NCBI GenBank assembly: GCA_036796335.1
Contig: DAIRDE010000008.1
Span: forward strand, 1,777 to 65,776
From: Nonlabens sp.
GTDB lineage: Bacteria > Bacteroidota > Bacteroidia > Flavobacteriales > Flavobacteriaceae
Direction: 5' to 3'
Length of the DNA stretch: 64,000 nucleotides
In this document: in pieces, positions 48,048 through 57,669 of the stretch
Position numbering within the stretch: position 1 is the stretch's first letter
How the letters are laid out: each line of letters begins with the position of its first letter
The notes under the pieces: generated by a model
What the model was told of the DNA's origin: nothing
What the model saw: the letters and a program-made list of their open reading frames with translations, nothing else
The model's database searches: none
Translations under genes and position numbers: made by a program

Positions 48048-51000
48048 ATGAACATTGCATACGACCGATTAAACAAAATAATAGGATGGTTAAGTTTTAG
48101 CATCTCTTTGTGTGTGTATTGGCTTACTGTTGAGCCTACCGTAAGTTTTTGGGACGCAGGCGAGTACATCGCCACCTCGTCTGGATTACAAGTAGGTCAC
48201 CCACCTGGGGCACCACTTTATCAAATGTTAGGTGCATTTTTCTCCATGTTTGCGTTTAGTCCTGATAAAATAGCCTACATGGTAAACATGATGTCTGTTT
48301 TTTCTAGTGCATTCACCATACTGTTTATGTATTGGTCTATCACACTGCTACTTAAAAGGCATATTTTAAAAGACAAAGGAGATGATACCGTAATCCTAGG
48401 AGCAGGATTTATAGGGGCAATGGCATTTACATTCTCTGACACTTTTTGGTTCAACGCGGTAGAAGCCGAGGTTTATGCACTCGCAACATTGCTCATGGCA
48501 GTCATGTTTTACCTAGGTTTATTGTGGGAACGGGACATGCTGCAACCTCGCGGTAATCGCTGGTTAATATTATTATCACTAATTATTGGACTTTCTTTTG
48601 GCGTGCACTTTATCGGTATACTTACCATCCCGGCAGTGGGCATGCTTTGGTATTTTAAACATTATAAAAAAATCACGATTCTCAATTTCATTGTTGCTAA
48701 CGTGGCAGTGGTAGCGGTGTTACTATTTGTTTTCAAATTATTATTACCATACACACTCAGTATTTTTGGCTATTTAGAAATCTTCTTTGTGAACGACATT
48801 GGTTTACCCTTTAACTCGGGAACCATCATTGCACTATTGCTTGTTGTGGGCGCCTTTGTAGGTCTTATTTCGCTTTCGCGAAAGCGTAACAATCCACTAC
48901 TCAACAACATCGTGTTATGCGTCATGTTTGTTTTAATAGGCTTTTCCTCGTGGACCATGCTGCCTATACGAGCAAATGCTGGCACACCTATTAACGAAAA
49001 TAAACCCGAAGACGCGCGTTCATTACTAGCATATTACAACCGTGAACAGTACCCTAGCGCACCCCTATTTTATGGAGAATCGTTTACAGACCAATACTCG
49101 GGATTAAACCCAGACGACCCATTTACCGATGAGAAGCCTAAATATGAAAAAGATTATAAGCTGGGAAAATATGTTATCGTTAATAAGTTTGAAAACGCGT
49201 TACAAAACTCAAATCCAGAACATATTGGGGTTTTACCGCGCATGTCTGACACCTCTCGTGCTACCGAATATGTAAAGTTTATGGGCGGTCTTAATTATGA
49301 GATCATGCCACAGTTTAGGGACAATCAGGAGTTGTTAAGCCTACTTGATGATAACCAGCGGCAGCTAGAGCGCGGTCGTATAGACGAAAGTGAATATATA
49401 GAAACACTAACATCTTTACAAAGCATTCCTGACCAAGAAGGTGGACGCATAGAGGTGCTTAAAATTCAGAAACCTACATTTAGCCAAAACATGGCATTCT
49501 TTGCCCAGTATCAGGTAAGTTATATGTACTTGCGATACTTTATGTGGAATTTTGTAGGCCGTCAAAACGATGAGCAAGGTATGTGGGATCGTTTTAATGG
49601 GAACTGGTTGAGTGGTATCCCATCTATAGACTCGTGGCACATAGGCACACAAGATAATTTAAGCCCAGACATGTTAAACAACAAGGCGCGAAATGTTTAC
49701 TTTTTCTTGCCTCTTATTCTAGGTATTATCGGTGCTGTTTTTCACGCAAAACGCGATTTGAAGTCATTTTATGTAACGTTGGTGTTGTTCTTATTCTCTG
49801 GACTTGCTATAATCGTGTATTTAAACCAAAGCATGTTTCAGGTGCGGGAGCGAGATTATGCGTATGTAGGGTCTTTTCTGGTCTTTGCCATGTGGATAGG
49901 CATGGGTGTGTATTCGATGTATGAAGGAGCAAAATCCTATATAAATGGACCCATAGCAAAATATGCAGTTATATTGAGTTGCTTTATTGCTGTACCGCTA
50001 TTAATGGGATTTCAAAACTGGGACGACCATGACCGGTCTGGCAAGTATACTGCCCTAGCAAGTGCTAGAAAGTATCTGGACAGCTGTTTGCCTAATGCTT
50101 TAATATTTACCATAGGCGATAATGACACTTTCCCGCTGTGGTACCTGCAAGAAGTAGAAGGTTATCGCACCGATGTGCGTGTGGTTTGTACAAGCTTACT
50201 AGCTACTGACTGGTATATGGACGATATGAAAAAGAAAGCGTGGCTTAGCGACCCTGTACCATCGACATTACCACATGAAAAATACAGATACGGTACAAGA
50301 GATGCATTGTGGTATGCCGACAAGGATCGCCTGCGCCAGCGTATAGGTGACCCTAATCTTGTTTTCCCTGACACGATGAGTATTAAACAGTGGATGGACT
50401 GGGTTGCAAGTGATAACGAGGTGACACTAGAAGAGATGCGCAGCGGTCACATGGAAAACACCTTCCCTACAAAATATGTAACCATACCCGTTAATAAAGA
50501 AAATGTATTAAAAAATGGTGTGGTACTTGCAAGGGATGCCGATAAAATTGTAGACGAAATAACGATAAAAATAAATTCTAACCTCGTTTACAAAAACCGC
50601 ATGCTTATGCTGGACATTATTCTAGCAAACGACTGGAAACGCCCTATTTACTTTTCTGGTGGCGCTTTTGGCGATGATGACTACATCTGGATGAAAGACT
50701 ATTTGCAACTAGACGGTTGTGCTTACCGACTTTTACCGATACAATATAAAAGCTCTAACCCTAGAGATCCGTTTGAAATGGGGCGTGTAGATCCAGATTA
50801 TGCCTATAAAACAATTATGAAATGGGACTGGGGTAATAGTGGAGACCCTGATGTGTACCATGACGTGGAAACCAGACGCAATAGCGTGGGCTACCGTTCT
50901 AATATCGCACGTGCCGCCGAGGCACTAACCATGGCTGGGCAATTTAAAAAAGCCGAGCAATTACTAGACCTGGGAATGGAAAAAATGCCTTTAGATATTT

Positions 51001-51422
51001 TTGGCCATTATTCAATGATAGAACCCTTTTCTACAGGATATTATGAAGTTGACAAAACCACCAAAGCGCGTAAATTACTAGACGCTGTGATTAAAAAATA
51101 TCAGGAAGAACTAGATCATTACAAAGCACTTACCCCCGACGAGCAGTCAACCGTACGATTAGAGATCATCACCGCAGTAGAACGTTACCGCAGCCTTGTG
51201 CGAGTTCCTATTTATTATGAAGATGATAAGCAGGTAGTAAAACACCTGAACACATTTAACAACTATGTAAAAGCGTTTCCTATGTATTACAGCCCCGAGG
51301 AACTTCTTAATGAAGACGGCAGCACACCTATGGAAACCAAAGCAGCCCAAGAAGAACGACAAGCTCTTTTAAACGATAGTTTGGAAAAAACAATGTCACA
51401 AATTATCGACAGCGCAAAATAA
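48048..51422 (+). CDS. DUF2723 (TMEM260-like, GT-C fold) membrane glycosyltransferase-family protein
   Basis: 1124 aa. The N-terminal motif SFWDAGEYIATSSGLQVGHPPGAPLYQMLG, ~10 TM helices and a large C-terminal soluble TPR-like part are characteristic of DUF2723. Confidence 0.8.
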   Translation: MNIAYDRLNKIIGWLSFSISLCVYWLTVEPTVSFWDAGEYIATSSGLQVGHPPGAPLYQMLGAFFSMFAFSPDKIAYMVNMMSVFSSAFTILFMYWSITLLLKRHILKDKGDDTVILGAGFIGAMAFTFSDTFWFNAVEAEVYALATLLMAVMFYLGLLWERDMLQPRGNRWLILLSLIIGLSFGVHFIGILTIPAVGMLWYFKHYKKITILNFIVANVAVVAVLLFVFKLLLPYTLSIFGYLEIFFVNDIGLPFNSGTIIALLLVVGAFVGLISLSRKRNNPLLNNIVLCVMFVLIGFSSWTMLPIRANAGTPINENKPEDARSLLAYYNREQYPSAPLFYGESFTDQYSGLNPDDPFTDEKPKYEKDYKLGKYVIVNKFENALQNSNPEHIGVLPRMSDTSRATEYVKFMGGLNYEIMPQFRDNQELLSLLDDNQRQLERGRIDESEYIETLTSLQSIPDQEGGRIEVLKIQKPTFSQNMAFFAQYQVSYMYLRYFMWNFVGRQNDEQGMWDRFNGNWLSGIPSIDSWHIGTQDNLSPDMLNNKARNVYFFLPLILGIIGAVFHAKRDLKSFYVTLVLFLFSGLAIIVYLNQSMFQVRERDYAYVGSFLVFAMWIGMGVYSMYEGAKSYINGPIAKYAVILSCFIAVPLLMGFQNWDDHDRSGKYTALASARKYLDSCLPNALIFTIGDNDTFPLWYLQEVEGYRTDVRVVCTSLLATDWYMDDMKKKAWLSDPVPSTLPHEKYRYGTRDALWYADKDRLRQRIGDPNLVFPDTMSIKQWMDWVASDNEVTLEEMRSGHMENTFPTKYVTIPVNKENVLKNGVVLARDADKIVDEITIKINSNLVYKNRMLMLDIILANDWKRPIYFSGGAFGDDDYIWMKDYLQLDGCAYRLLPIQYKSSNPRDPFEMGRVDPDYAYKTIMKWDWGNSGDPDVYHDVETRRNSVGYRSNIARAAEALTMAGQFKKAEQLLDLGMEKMPLDIFGHYSMIEPFSTGYYEVDKTTKARKLLDAVIKKYQEELDHYKALTPDEQSTVRLEIITAVERYRSLVRVPIYYEDDKQVVKHLNTFNNYVKAFPMYYSPEELLNEDGSTPMETKAAQEERQALLNDSLEKTMSQIIDSAK
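48871..48886. repeat. palindrome copy 11 (perfect, in the DUF2723 CDS, read as LSRKR)
   Basis: Read directly from the sequence. The peptide context is ISLSRKRNN. Confidence 0.97.
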
Positions 51423-52042
51423 TGAAAACCTATCCAGACCACATTCCAGCCTGGTTTTCGGATAGGTTTACTTCATTTTTATGGCATAAAAGCAGGGAGC
51501 AGCCTACCATTTACCTAACATTTGACGATGGTCCAACACCCGACGTCACAAACTATGTAATAGCCTTACTAGCTTCCTATAATTTTAAAGCTACATTTTT
51601 TTGCATTGGTAAATGCGTGCGCAATTACCCCGATATTTACGAGACCATACTTGCACAAGGACACGCGGTAGGAAATCACACTAACAACCACCTTAACTCT
51701 TGGAAAGTGACCCGCAGGCGTTATTTAAAAAATGTAGATAAAGCTGCTCGTGTCATTACCAGCAAATTGTTTAGGCCACCTTATGGTAAATTATCACCCG
51801 GTAAGTACAAGCAATTATTACAAAAAGATTACACCATTGTGCTATGGGATGTGCTCTCAGGGGATTTTGACGCCAATCGCGATGCGCAGTCTATTCTAGA
51901 AAATATATGTCATAACACACAGCCAGGAAGCATTATTGTGTTTCATGACAGCGCTAAATGTTTTTCAAAATTAAAAGAAGTATTGCCTACGTATTTTGAG
52001 TTTTTAAAAAACCAAGGATTAAGCAGTAAAGCACTGTATTAA
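51422..52042 (+). CDS. polysaccharide deacetylase (CE4/NodB) family protein
   Basis: NodB motifs TFDDGP, HAVGNHTNNH and RPPYG. The ATG overlaps the TAA of the DUF2723 gene by 1 nt (TAATG). Confidence 0.85.
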   Translation: MKTYPDHIPAWFSDRFTSFLWHKSREQPTIYLTFDDGPTPDVTNYVIALLASYNFKATFFCIGKCVRNYPDIYETILAQGHAVGNHTNNHLNSWKVTRRRYLKNVDKAARVITSKLFRPPYGKLSPGKYKQLLQKDYTIVLWDVLSGDFDANRDAQSILENICHNTQPGSIIVFHDSAKCFSKLKEVLPTYFEFLKNQGLSSKALY

Positions 52043-52339
52043 TTAATCGTGTTGCTTAAGCAGTGTAATAAGTGTGTTATCCTGCTGTATACCGCTTTGT
52101 CGCCATTTCATATCACCGCCTTTATAAATAATACAAGTAGGTAGCCCTTTAATACGCAAGGCCTCAGCAAGCTCAGGATTCTTGTCGACATTAATCTTAA
52201 TGACCTTTGCGCCATCACCCATGGCTGCGGCGACATTGCGCAAAACTTCGTGCATGTTAACAGAGTCCTCGTTCCAGTCTGCAAAAAAATGTAATAAAAC
52301 AGGAACGCTGGTATTTATGAGTTCGCCAAATTTTGACAT
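52043..52339 (-). CDS. thioredoxin-fold protein lacking the CXXC active site
   Basis: Trx-like pattern VLLHFFADW....VL..VA...KV.KINVDKNPELA....I.G.PT, but WNEDS replaces WCGPC. Confidence 0.7.
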   Translation of the reverse strand: MSKFGELINTSVPVLLHFFADWNEDSVNMHEVLRNVAAAMGDGAKVIKINVDKNPELAEALRIKGLPTCIIYKGGDMKWRQSGIQQDNTLITLLKQHD

Positions 52340-52382
52340 AATGCGCTAATTAGTCTACCAAAAGTAAACAATTCTTAGATAT

Positions 52383-53603
52383 TTAACCTCTTTTAAGCGT
52401 GATTACAGTAATCTCGGGCCATATACCAGCCCGACCCTTATAACCTAAAAAGCCAAAACCCCGGTTTACGTTTAAAAAACGGTCAAATTCTTTATAAATG
52501 CCTGCCCATTTTTTATAAACAAACCACGCAGGACTTAATTTTATAAAACCAGGTATCTCAATGCCAAACTGCATCCCGTGCGTATGCCCACTTAACGTCA
52601 GGTGAAAGTTGCTGGGACTTTCCTTAACCTGCAAATCCCAGTGTGTAGGGTCATGGCTTAAAAGCACCTTAAACAAATTTGAATCCAGTCCCTGTGCGGC
52701 TTTACTTAAATTACCATATTTAGGAAAACGACCGCCACCCCAGTTTTGCACCCCTACGATAGCAAGCTGGTCCTCACCGCGTTTTAAAATTTCGTGCTCG
52801 TCCATTAACAGCCGCCAACCCATATTTTTTTGAATACTAGCCAGTTCTTCTAAATTACCCCTTTTAGCAGCATCACTAGGCCACTGTACATAATCACCAT
52901 AATCATGATTCCCTAATACCGAGTAAACACCATCTTGAGCACGCAAACTCCCAAATATTTCTTCCCAGCCATACATTTCACTTGCCTGATTATTTACTAA
53001 ATCCCCTGTAAATAATATGAGATCGCCTTGCTGTTTATTTGCCAGATCTATCGCATATCGCACCTCTTCTTTATCATTAAAACTGCCCACATGAATGTCA
53101 CTTAAATGCGTCATGCGGTAGCCATCAAATGCGGCTGGTAAATCCTTAAAACGCAACTCATATTTTCTAACTTGGTAATTATATTTTCCCCGCCATGCCC
53201 CATAAAATATAGCTCCAAATGGCAGCGCGGCAACTCCCAGTCCTATCGTTGCAATAAACTGCCGCCTGCTGGGTAAAAAAGGTTGTTGGGCATCTCGCTT
53301 TCGCGAAAGCGAACTCCACAAACCCTCGCCCAGTCTATACACATCTTCTATAAGCATGAAGAGTATGAAAAACGATTTTGCCGTGAGAAATGCAATAAAG
53401 ATTGTCGTTGCAAAATCCCGAGAAGTGGACAAGGCATTTCTATCTGGATTTAAATAAAACTGTAAAATAAGGTTCAGGATAACACCTATGGACAATGCGA
53501 GATACAACCATTTCCACCAGTGACCACGTGAAATGCTGCGTATAAGTTGAAACGCATAGATTTCGAGTAAAATAAAAATGGCTATCGCAATAAATAATCT
53601 CAT
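52383..53603 (-). CDS. membrane-anchored metallophosphoesterase
   Basis: Motifs LSDIHVG, GDLVN, GNHDY and GHTH, with four N-terminal TM helices. Confidence 0.85.
   Translation of the reverse strand: MRLFIAIAIFILLEIYAFQLIRSISRGHWWKWLYLALSIGVILNLILQFYLNPDRNALSTSRDFATTIFIAFLTAKSFFILFMLIEDVYRLGEGLWSSLSRKRDAQQPFLPSRRQFIATIGLGVAALPFGAIFYGAWRGKYNYQVRKYELRFKDLPAAFDGYRMTHLSDIHVGSFNDKEEVRYAIDLANKQQGDLILFTGDLVNNQASEMYGWEEIFGSLRAQDGVYSVLGNHDYGDYVQWPSDAAKRGNLEELASIQKNMGWRLLMDEHEILKRGEDQLAIVGVQNWGGGRFPKYGNLSKAAQGLDSNLFKVLLSHDPTHWDLQVKESPSNFHLTLSGHTHGMQFGIEIPGFIKLSPAWFVYKKWAGIYKEFDRFLNVNRGFGFLGYKGRAGIWPEITVITLKRG
53296..53311. repeat. palindrome copy 12 (perfect, in the metallophosphoesterase CDS, read as LSRKR)
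   Basis: Read directly from the sequence. The peptide context is WSSLSRKRDA. Confidence 0.97.
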
Positions 53604-53854
53604 GTGCCAAAGTTAGCCTAGCTGCGCTATTAAAATGTTTGCATTTTGTTAAAGAAAAACAAACGATTATGCTGGCTATCAATGGATAAAATGTGAACTG
53701 GTGACGCACGTAGCTAAATCATGCCTTCTAATCCTTTACTGTACTATAAACACCCTTTTAAAAAGGTCTAGCAATTCATAAAACCAATTACGTATCATAT
53801 ATTGTGTAAAACACATTACTAGGTGTTTTGATAGGTTCAAAAGAGCAGAAAAAT

Positions 53855-53862
53855 TATCTTTG
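53855..53862 (+). promoter_or_regulatory. candidate -7 box TATCTTTG for asnS
   Basis: Exact TAnnTTTG, 22 nt upstream of the asnS ATG. A TTTG lies at 53827..53830 as a possible -33 element. Confidence 0.35.
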
Positions 53863-53883
53863 CGTGTTTTTTAGTATAAAATC

Positions 53884-55320
53884 ATGAAAAGAATAGATGC
53901 CTTATTGGCAAGTGAGCCTAGTCTGGTAGAAATCACCGTAAAGGGCTGGGTGCGCAGTTTTAGAAACGATAGATTTATAGCCATAAACGATGGATCGACC
54001 ATACACAATCTACAGTGTGTTATAGAACCAGCAAATTTTGAACAAGAAGTGCTGGATGCAATTAACGTTGCCGCTGCAGTTGCAGTTACAGGACACCTTA
54101 CCGAAAGCGCTGGTAGTGGACAACGTGTAGAATTACAAGCAACTAAGGTTGTTATTTTAGGCGCCGCCGACCCAGAGGATGTGAAGCTAACCATTTTGTC
54201 ACCTAAAAGACACAGTTTAGAAAAATTGCGCGAACAGGCACACTTGCGGGTGCGCACAAACACTTTTGGCGCGGTAATGCGGGTGCGAGCTGCCCTGTCA
54301 CATGCGGTGCATACGTATTTTAGAGAGCACGGTTTTTACCAGGTGCACACACCCATTATCACTGGTGGCGATGCCGAGGGTGCTGGCGAGATGTTTAAAA
54401 TATCGACCCTAGATCCCAAAAACCCACCACTTAACGAGGACGGTACGGTAAACTATAAAAAAGACTTTTTTGAAAAAGAATCTAACTTAACCGTTTCTGG
54501 ACAGCTAGAGGCCGAAACCTATGCCATGGGTCTCGGGCAGGTGTATACGTTTGGACCTACATTTAGAGCAGAAAACTCGAACACATCGCGCCACCTAGCC
54601 GAGTTTTGGATGATTGAACCCGAAGTTGCATTTAATGATTTAAATGCAAACATGGATCTTGCCGAAGATTTTATAAAATATGTCGTAAAATATGCGCTAG
54701 ACCACTGCGAGGACGATATTGCTTTTCTAGAAAACAGACTTATCGAAGAAGACAAACAAAAACCTCAAAATGAACGTAGCCCCATGCCGCTGCGTGAAAA
54801 ACTTAAGTTTGTAGGAAAAAATAACTTTAAACGAGTTTCTTATACCGAGGCTATTGAGATTTTGAAAAATTCAAAGCCCAATAAAACCAAGAAATTTAAC
54901 TACATCATCGACGAATGGGGCGCAGACTTGCAAAGTGAGCATGAGCGTTATCTGGTAGAAAAACACTTTGAGTGTCCCGTGATTTTATTTGATTACCCTG
55001 CAAAAATAAAAGCGTTTTACATGCGCCTTAATGACGATAAAAAAACAGTGCGCGCCATGGATATTTTGTTTCCAGGTATCGGCGAGATTGTAGGTGGATC
55101 GCAGCGAGAAGAACGCTATGATGTTTTAAGACAAAAAATGGCCGATGCCCATATCGACGAGGCCGAGTTGTGGTGGTATTTAGAAATGCGCAAATTTGGT
55201 AGCGTGGTACACAGCGGTTTTGGACTTGGGTTTGAGCGCCTCGTCATGTTTGTTACTGGTATGGGCAATGTGCGCGATGTAATACCGTACCCAAGAACAC
55301 CGGGTAATGCTGAGTTTTAG
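53884..55320 (+). CDS. asnS: asparagine--tRNA ligase
   Basis: 478 aa with class II motifs FRAENSNTSRHLAEFWMIEPE and GFGLGFERLV. Confidence 0.97.
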   Translation: MKRIDALLASEPSLVEITVKGWVRSFRNDRFIAINDGSTIHNLQCVIEPANFEQEVLDAINVAAAVAVTGHLTESAGSGQRVELQATKVVILGAADPEDVKLTILSPKRHSLEKLREQAHLRVRTNTFGAVMRVRAALSHAVHTYFREHGFYQVHTPIITGGDAEGAGEMFKISTLDPKNPPLNEDGTVNYKKDFFEKESNLTVSGQLEAETYAMGLGQVYTFGPTFRAENSNTSRHLAEFWMIEPEVAFNDLNANMDLAEDFIKYVVKYALDHCEDDIAFLENRLIEEDKQKPQNERSPMPLREKLKFVGKNNFKRVSYTEAIEILKNSKPNKTKKFNYIIDEWGADLQSEHERYLVEKHFECPVILFDYPAKIKAFYMRLNDDKKTVRAMDILFPGIGEIVGGSQREERYDVLRQKMADAHIDEAELWWYLEMRKFGSVVHSGFGLGFERLVMFVTGMGNVRDVIPYPRTPGNAEF

Positions 55321-55328
55321 CGCATACA

Positions 55329-55472
55329 GCGTTTAAAACGTGCAAACTATTGACATCACATAAAAAAGTTGCCGCAAGGTGGGGCTAGAAATCGTGCAAA
55401 TAACCGTAAAACAACCTTATTGTTACTTACGCGTTTTATAGGTTAACATCACAAACAAACATATTGCCGCAA
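55329..55472 (+). repeat. two imperfect ~45-nt direct repeats upstream of rpoN
   Basis: 55329..55377 and 55431..55472 share the ordered blocks GCGTTT(A/T)A, (G/A)ACATCACA, an A-rich spacer and TTGCCGCAA. Confidence 0.5.
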
Positions 55473-55561
55473 TTATGTATCATAAAATAGCTGCTATATG
55501 TCTTAACTTTATGGATAGCAAGTCAGGCTTTTTATTATTTTTACGTGATTAAGTAATCATT

Positions 55562-57025
55562 ATGCTCAAACAGTCTTTAAGTTTTAAGCTTTCGCAAAAG
55601 CTTTCCCCGCAACAAATACAGTTAATGAAACTGATACAGTTGCCTACACAAGAGTTTGAGCAACGGGTAAAAGCCGAACTCGAGGAGAATCCTGCACTAG
55701 ATAGCGGTAGTGAAAAGAATGAGGACGATTATGACGAGTTTTCTAATGAAAACGACAGCGATTATGACACTGATAGTGAATCGATAGAAACAGATATTAA
55801 TGTAGATGATTACCTGAGTGACGACGACATACCCGAGTACCGCACACAGGCAAATAATTACAGTGCAGATGACGAGGACCGCAACATGCCCTATGCAGCA
55901 GGTAAGTCATTTACCCAAACGCTTAACGAGCAATTAGATACCCTAAGACTTACAGATGAAGAGGCAGCGATTGCCGCCTTTCTTGTAGGCAGCATTGACG
56001 AGAGCGGTTACATAAGGCGCTCCTTAGAAGATATTACCGACGACCTGGCATTTACCTCCAATATATTTACCGAGGTTGCTGTGGTAGAAAAAGTACTGAA
56101 AATAGTGCAAACGATAGACCCTGCGGGCGTGGGTGCCCGTGACTTGCAGGAGTGTTTGTTAATTCAGCTTTCGCGAAAGCGTAAAACCGAATCTACCGAA
56201 CTTGCTATAAAATTGCTGCGTGACTCCTTTGATGCATTCAGTAAGAAGCATTACGATAAAATTGTAGCAAAGTATGATCTAAACGAGGATCAACTGCGCG
56301 CCGCGATAGACGAAATTGCCCATTTAAACCCCAAACCAGGTGGTTCAATTTCTGGTGGGAACTTGCGTGCCGTGGAACAAGTAATTCCCGACTTTATTAT
56401 ACGTATAAAAGATGGGGAATTAGAACTTACCCTAAATGGTCGTAATGCGCCTGAACTGCATGTTTCAAAAGATTATTCTAACATGCTTAAAGGCTATAAA
56501 GAGGCTAAAGAAAAAAGCAAATCGCAAAAAGATGCTGTCATGTTTATTAAACAAAAACTGGATGGTGCAAAATGGTTTATAGAGGCCATAAAACAGCGCC
56601 AGGAGACACTTTTTGTAACCATGTCGGCCATTATGAACTACCAGAAAGACTTTTTTTTAAGTGGTGACGAGCGCAACCTGCGCCCCATGATTTTAAAAGA
56701 TATTGCCGATGAGATAGGCATGGACGTGTCTACCGTTTCCCGCGTGGCAAATTCTAAATATGTAGACACACCATACGGCACAAAACTTATTAAAGTATTT
56801 TTTTCAGAATCAATGACAAATGCCGATGGCGAGGAAGTTTCTACCAGAGAAATTAAAAAAATACTAGAAACTGTTATAGGCGAGGAAAAAAAACGAAGGC
56901 CACTTACCGACCAGCGACTTGCCGAAATTCTTAAAGAAAAGGGCTATCCTATTGCACGTAGAACTGTTGCAAAATACAGGGAACAGCTGGACATACCCGT
57001 TGCCCGTTTAAGAAAACAAATCTAA
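55562..57025 (+). CDS. rpoN: RNA polymerase sigma-54 factor
   Basis: 487 aa with region I LKQSLSFKLSQKLSPQQIQLMKL, an acidic region II, the HTH STVSRV and the RpoN box ARRTVAKYR. Confidence 0.95.
   Translation: MLKQSLSFKLSQKLSPQQIQLMKLIQLPTQEFEQRVKAELEENPALDSGSEKNEDDYDEFSNENDSDYDTDSESIETDINVDDYLSDDDIPEYRTQANNYSADDEDRNMPYAAGKSFTQTLNEQLDTLRLTDEEAAIAAFLVGSIDESGYIRRSLEDITDDLAFTSNIFTEVAVVEKVLKIVQTIDPAGVGARDLQECLLIQLSRKRKTESTELAIKLLRDSFDAFSKKHYDKIVAKYDLNEDQLRAAIDEIAHLNPKPGGSISGGNLRAVEQVIPDFIIRIKDGELELTLNGRNAPELHVSKDYSNMLKGYKEAKEKSKSQKDAVMFIKQKLDGAKWFIEAIKQRQETLFVTMSAIMNYQKDFFLSGDERNLRPMILKDIADEIGMDVSTVSRVANSKYVDTPYGTKLIKVFFSESMTNADGEEVSTREIKKILETVIGEEKKRRPLTDQRLAEILKEKGYPIARRTVAKYREQLDIPVARLRKQI
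55587..55602. repeat. diverged relative AGCTTTCGCAAAAGCT (13/16, in rpoN codons for KLSQKL)
   Basis: Read directly from the sequence. It is itself a near-palindrome with the same central variant as copy 7. Confidence 0.6.
56166..56181. repeat. palindrome copy 13 (15/16, AGCTTTCGCGAAAGCG, in the rpoN CDS, read as QLSRKR)
   Basis: Read directly from the sequence. The only mismatch is the middle base of a CAG Gln codon. Confidence 0.95.
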
Positions 57026-57031
57026 CAGCGC

Positions 57032-57637
57032 ATGGGTAAATTGTTGCGCAGCTGGAGTTATATTTCTAATCCTATCTTTATTCCAGCACTGGTAAGTTTG
57101 TGGTACTTTTCTCTTGTGAGCATGTCTGACCCCCGTGTGATGCGCAACAAAATGTACCTGATATTAATTCTTACCACGGCCATACCACTCATACTTTTTA
57201 TGATATTAAAAGTTATTAAAGCGGTGCGGTCCATACATTTAGAAGATACACGCGAGCGCATTTTACCATTAATTCTTTACATATTCTTGCTTATCCTATT
57301 AATCAAAGGTGTTTTTAAAAATGAACTGAATCAGCCGCTTCATTATTTTTTTGTTGGGATTGTCATGGCTAGTCTGGTGTCGCTCGTACTGGCGATTGCG
57401 CGTTATAAAATTAGTTTACACATGATAGGAATGGGTGGTGCTTTAGGATTTGTGGTCATGTTGCATGTAAACCTAGGTGGTTCATTTTCATACAACATCA
57501 TACTACTTGTTTTGTTAAGCGGTATCACTGCATCCTCAAGGCTCTATATGAAAGCGCATAAAGGTCATGAATTGTGGTTTGGAATGGCTCTAGGACTAGC
57601 GAGCCAATTGATCGTGGGAGCAAATTATACGTTATAA
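57032..57637 (+). CDS. polytopic membrane protein (weak PAP2-like C-terminal motif)
   Basis: 201 aa with 5-6 TM segments. SSRLYMKAHKGHE resembles a degenerate PAP2 C3 motif. The assignment is tentative. Confidence 0.45.
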   Translation: MGKLLRSWSYISNPIFIPALVSLWYFSLVSMSDPRVMRNKMYLILILTTAIPLILFMILKVIKAVRSIHLEDTRERILPLILYIFLLILLIKGVFKNELNQPLHYFFVGIVMASLVSLVLAIARYKISLHMIGMGGALGFVVMLHVNLGGSFSYNIILLVLLSGITASSRLYMKAHKGHELWFGMALGLASQLIVGANYTL

Positions 57638-57669
57638 GAATCACATAACCTGATACGTTTTTAATAACA

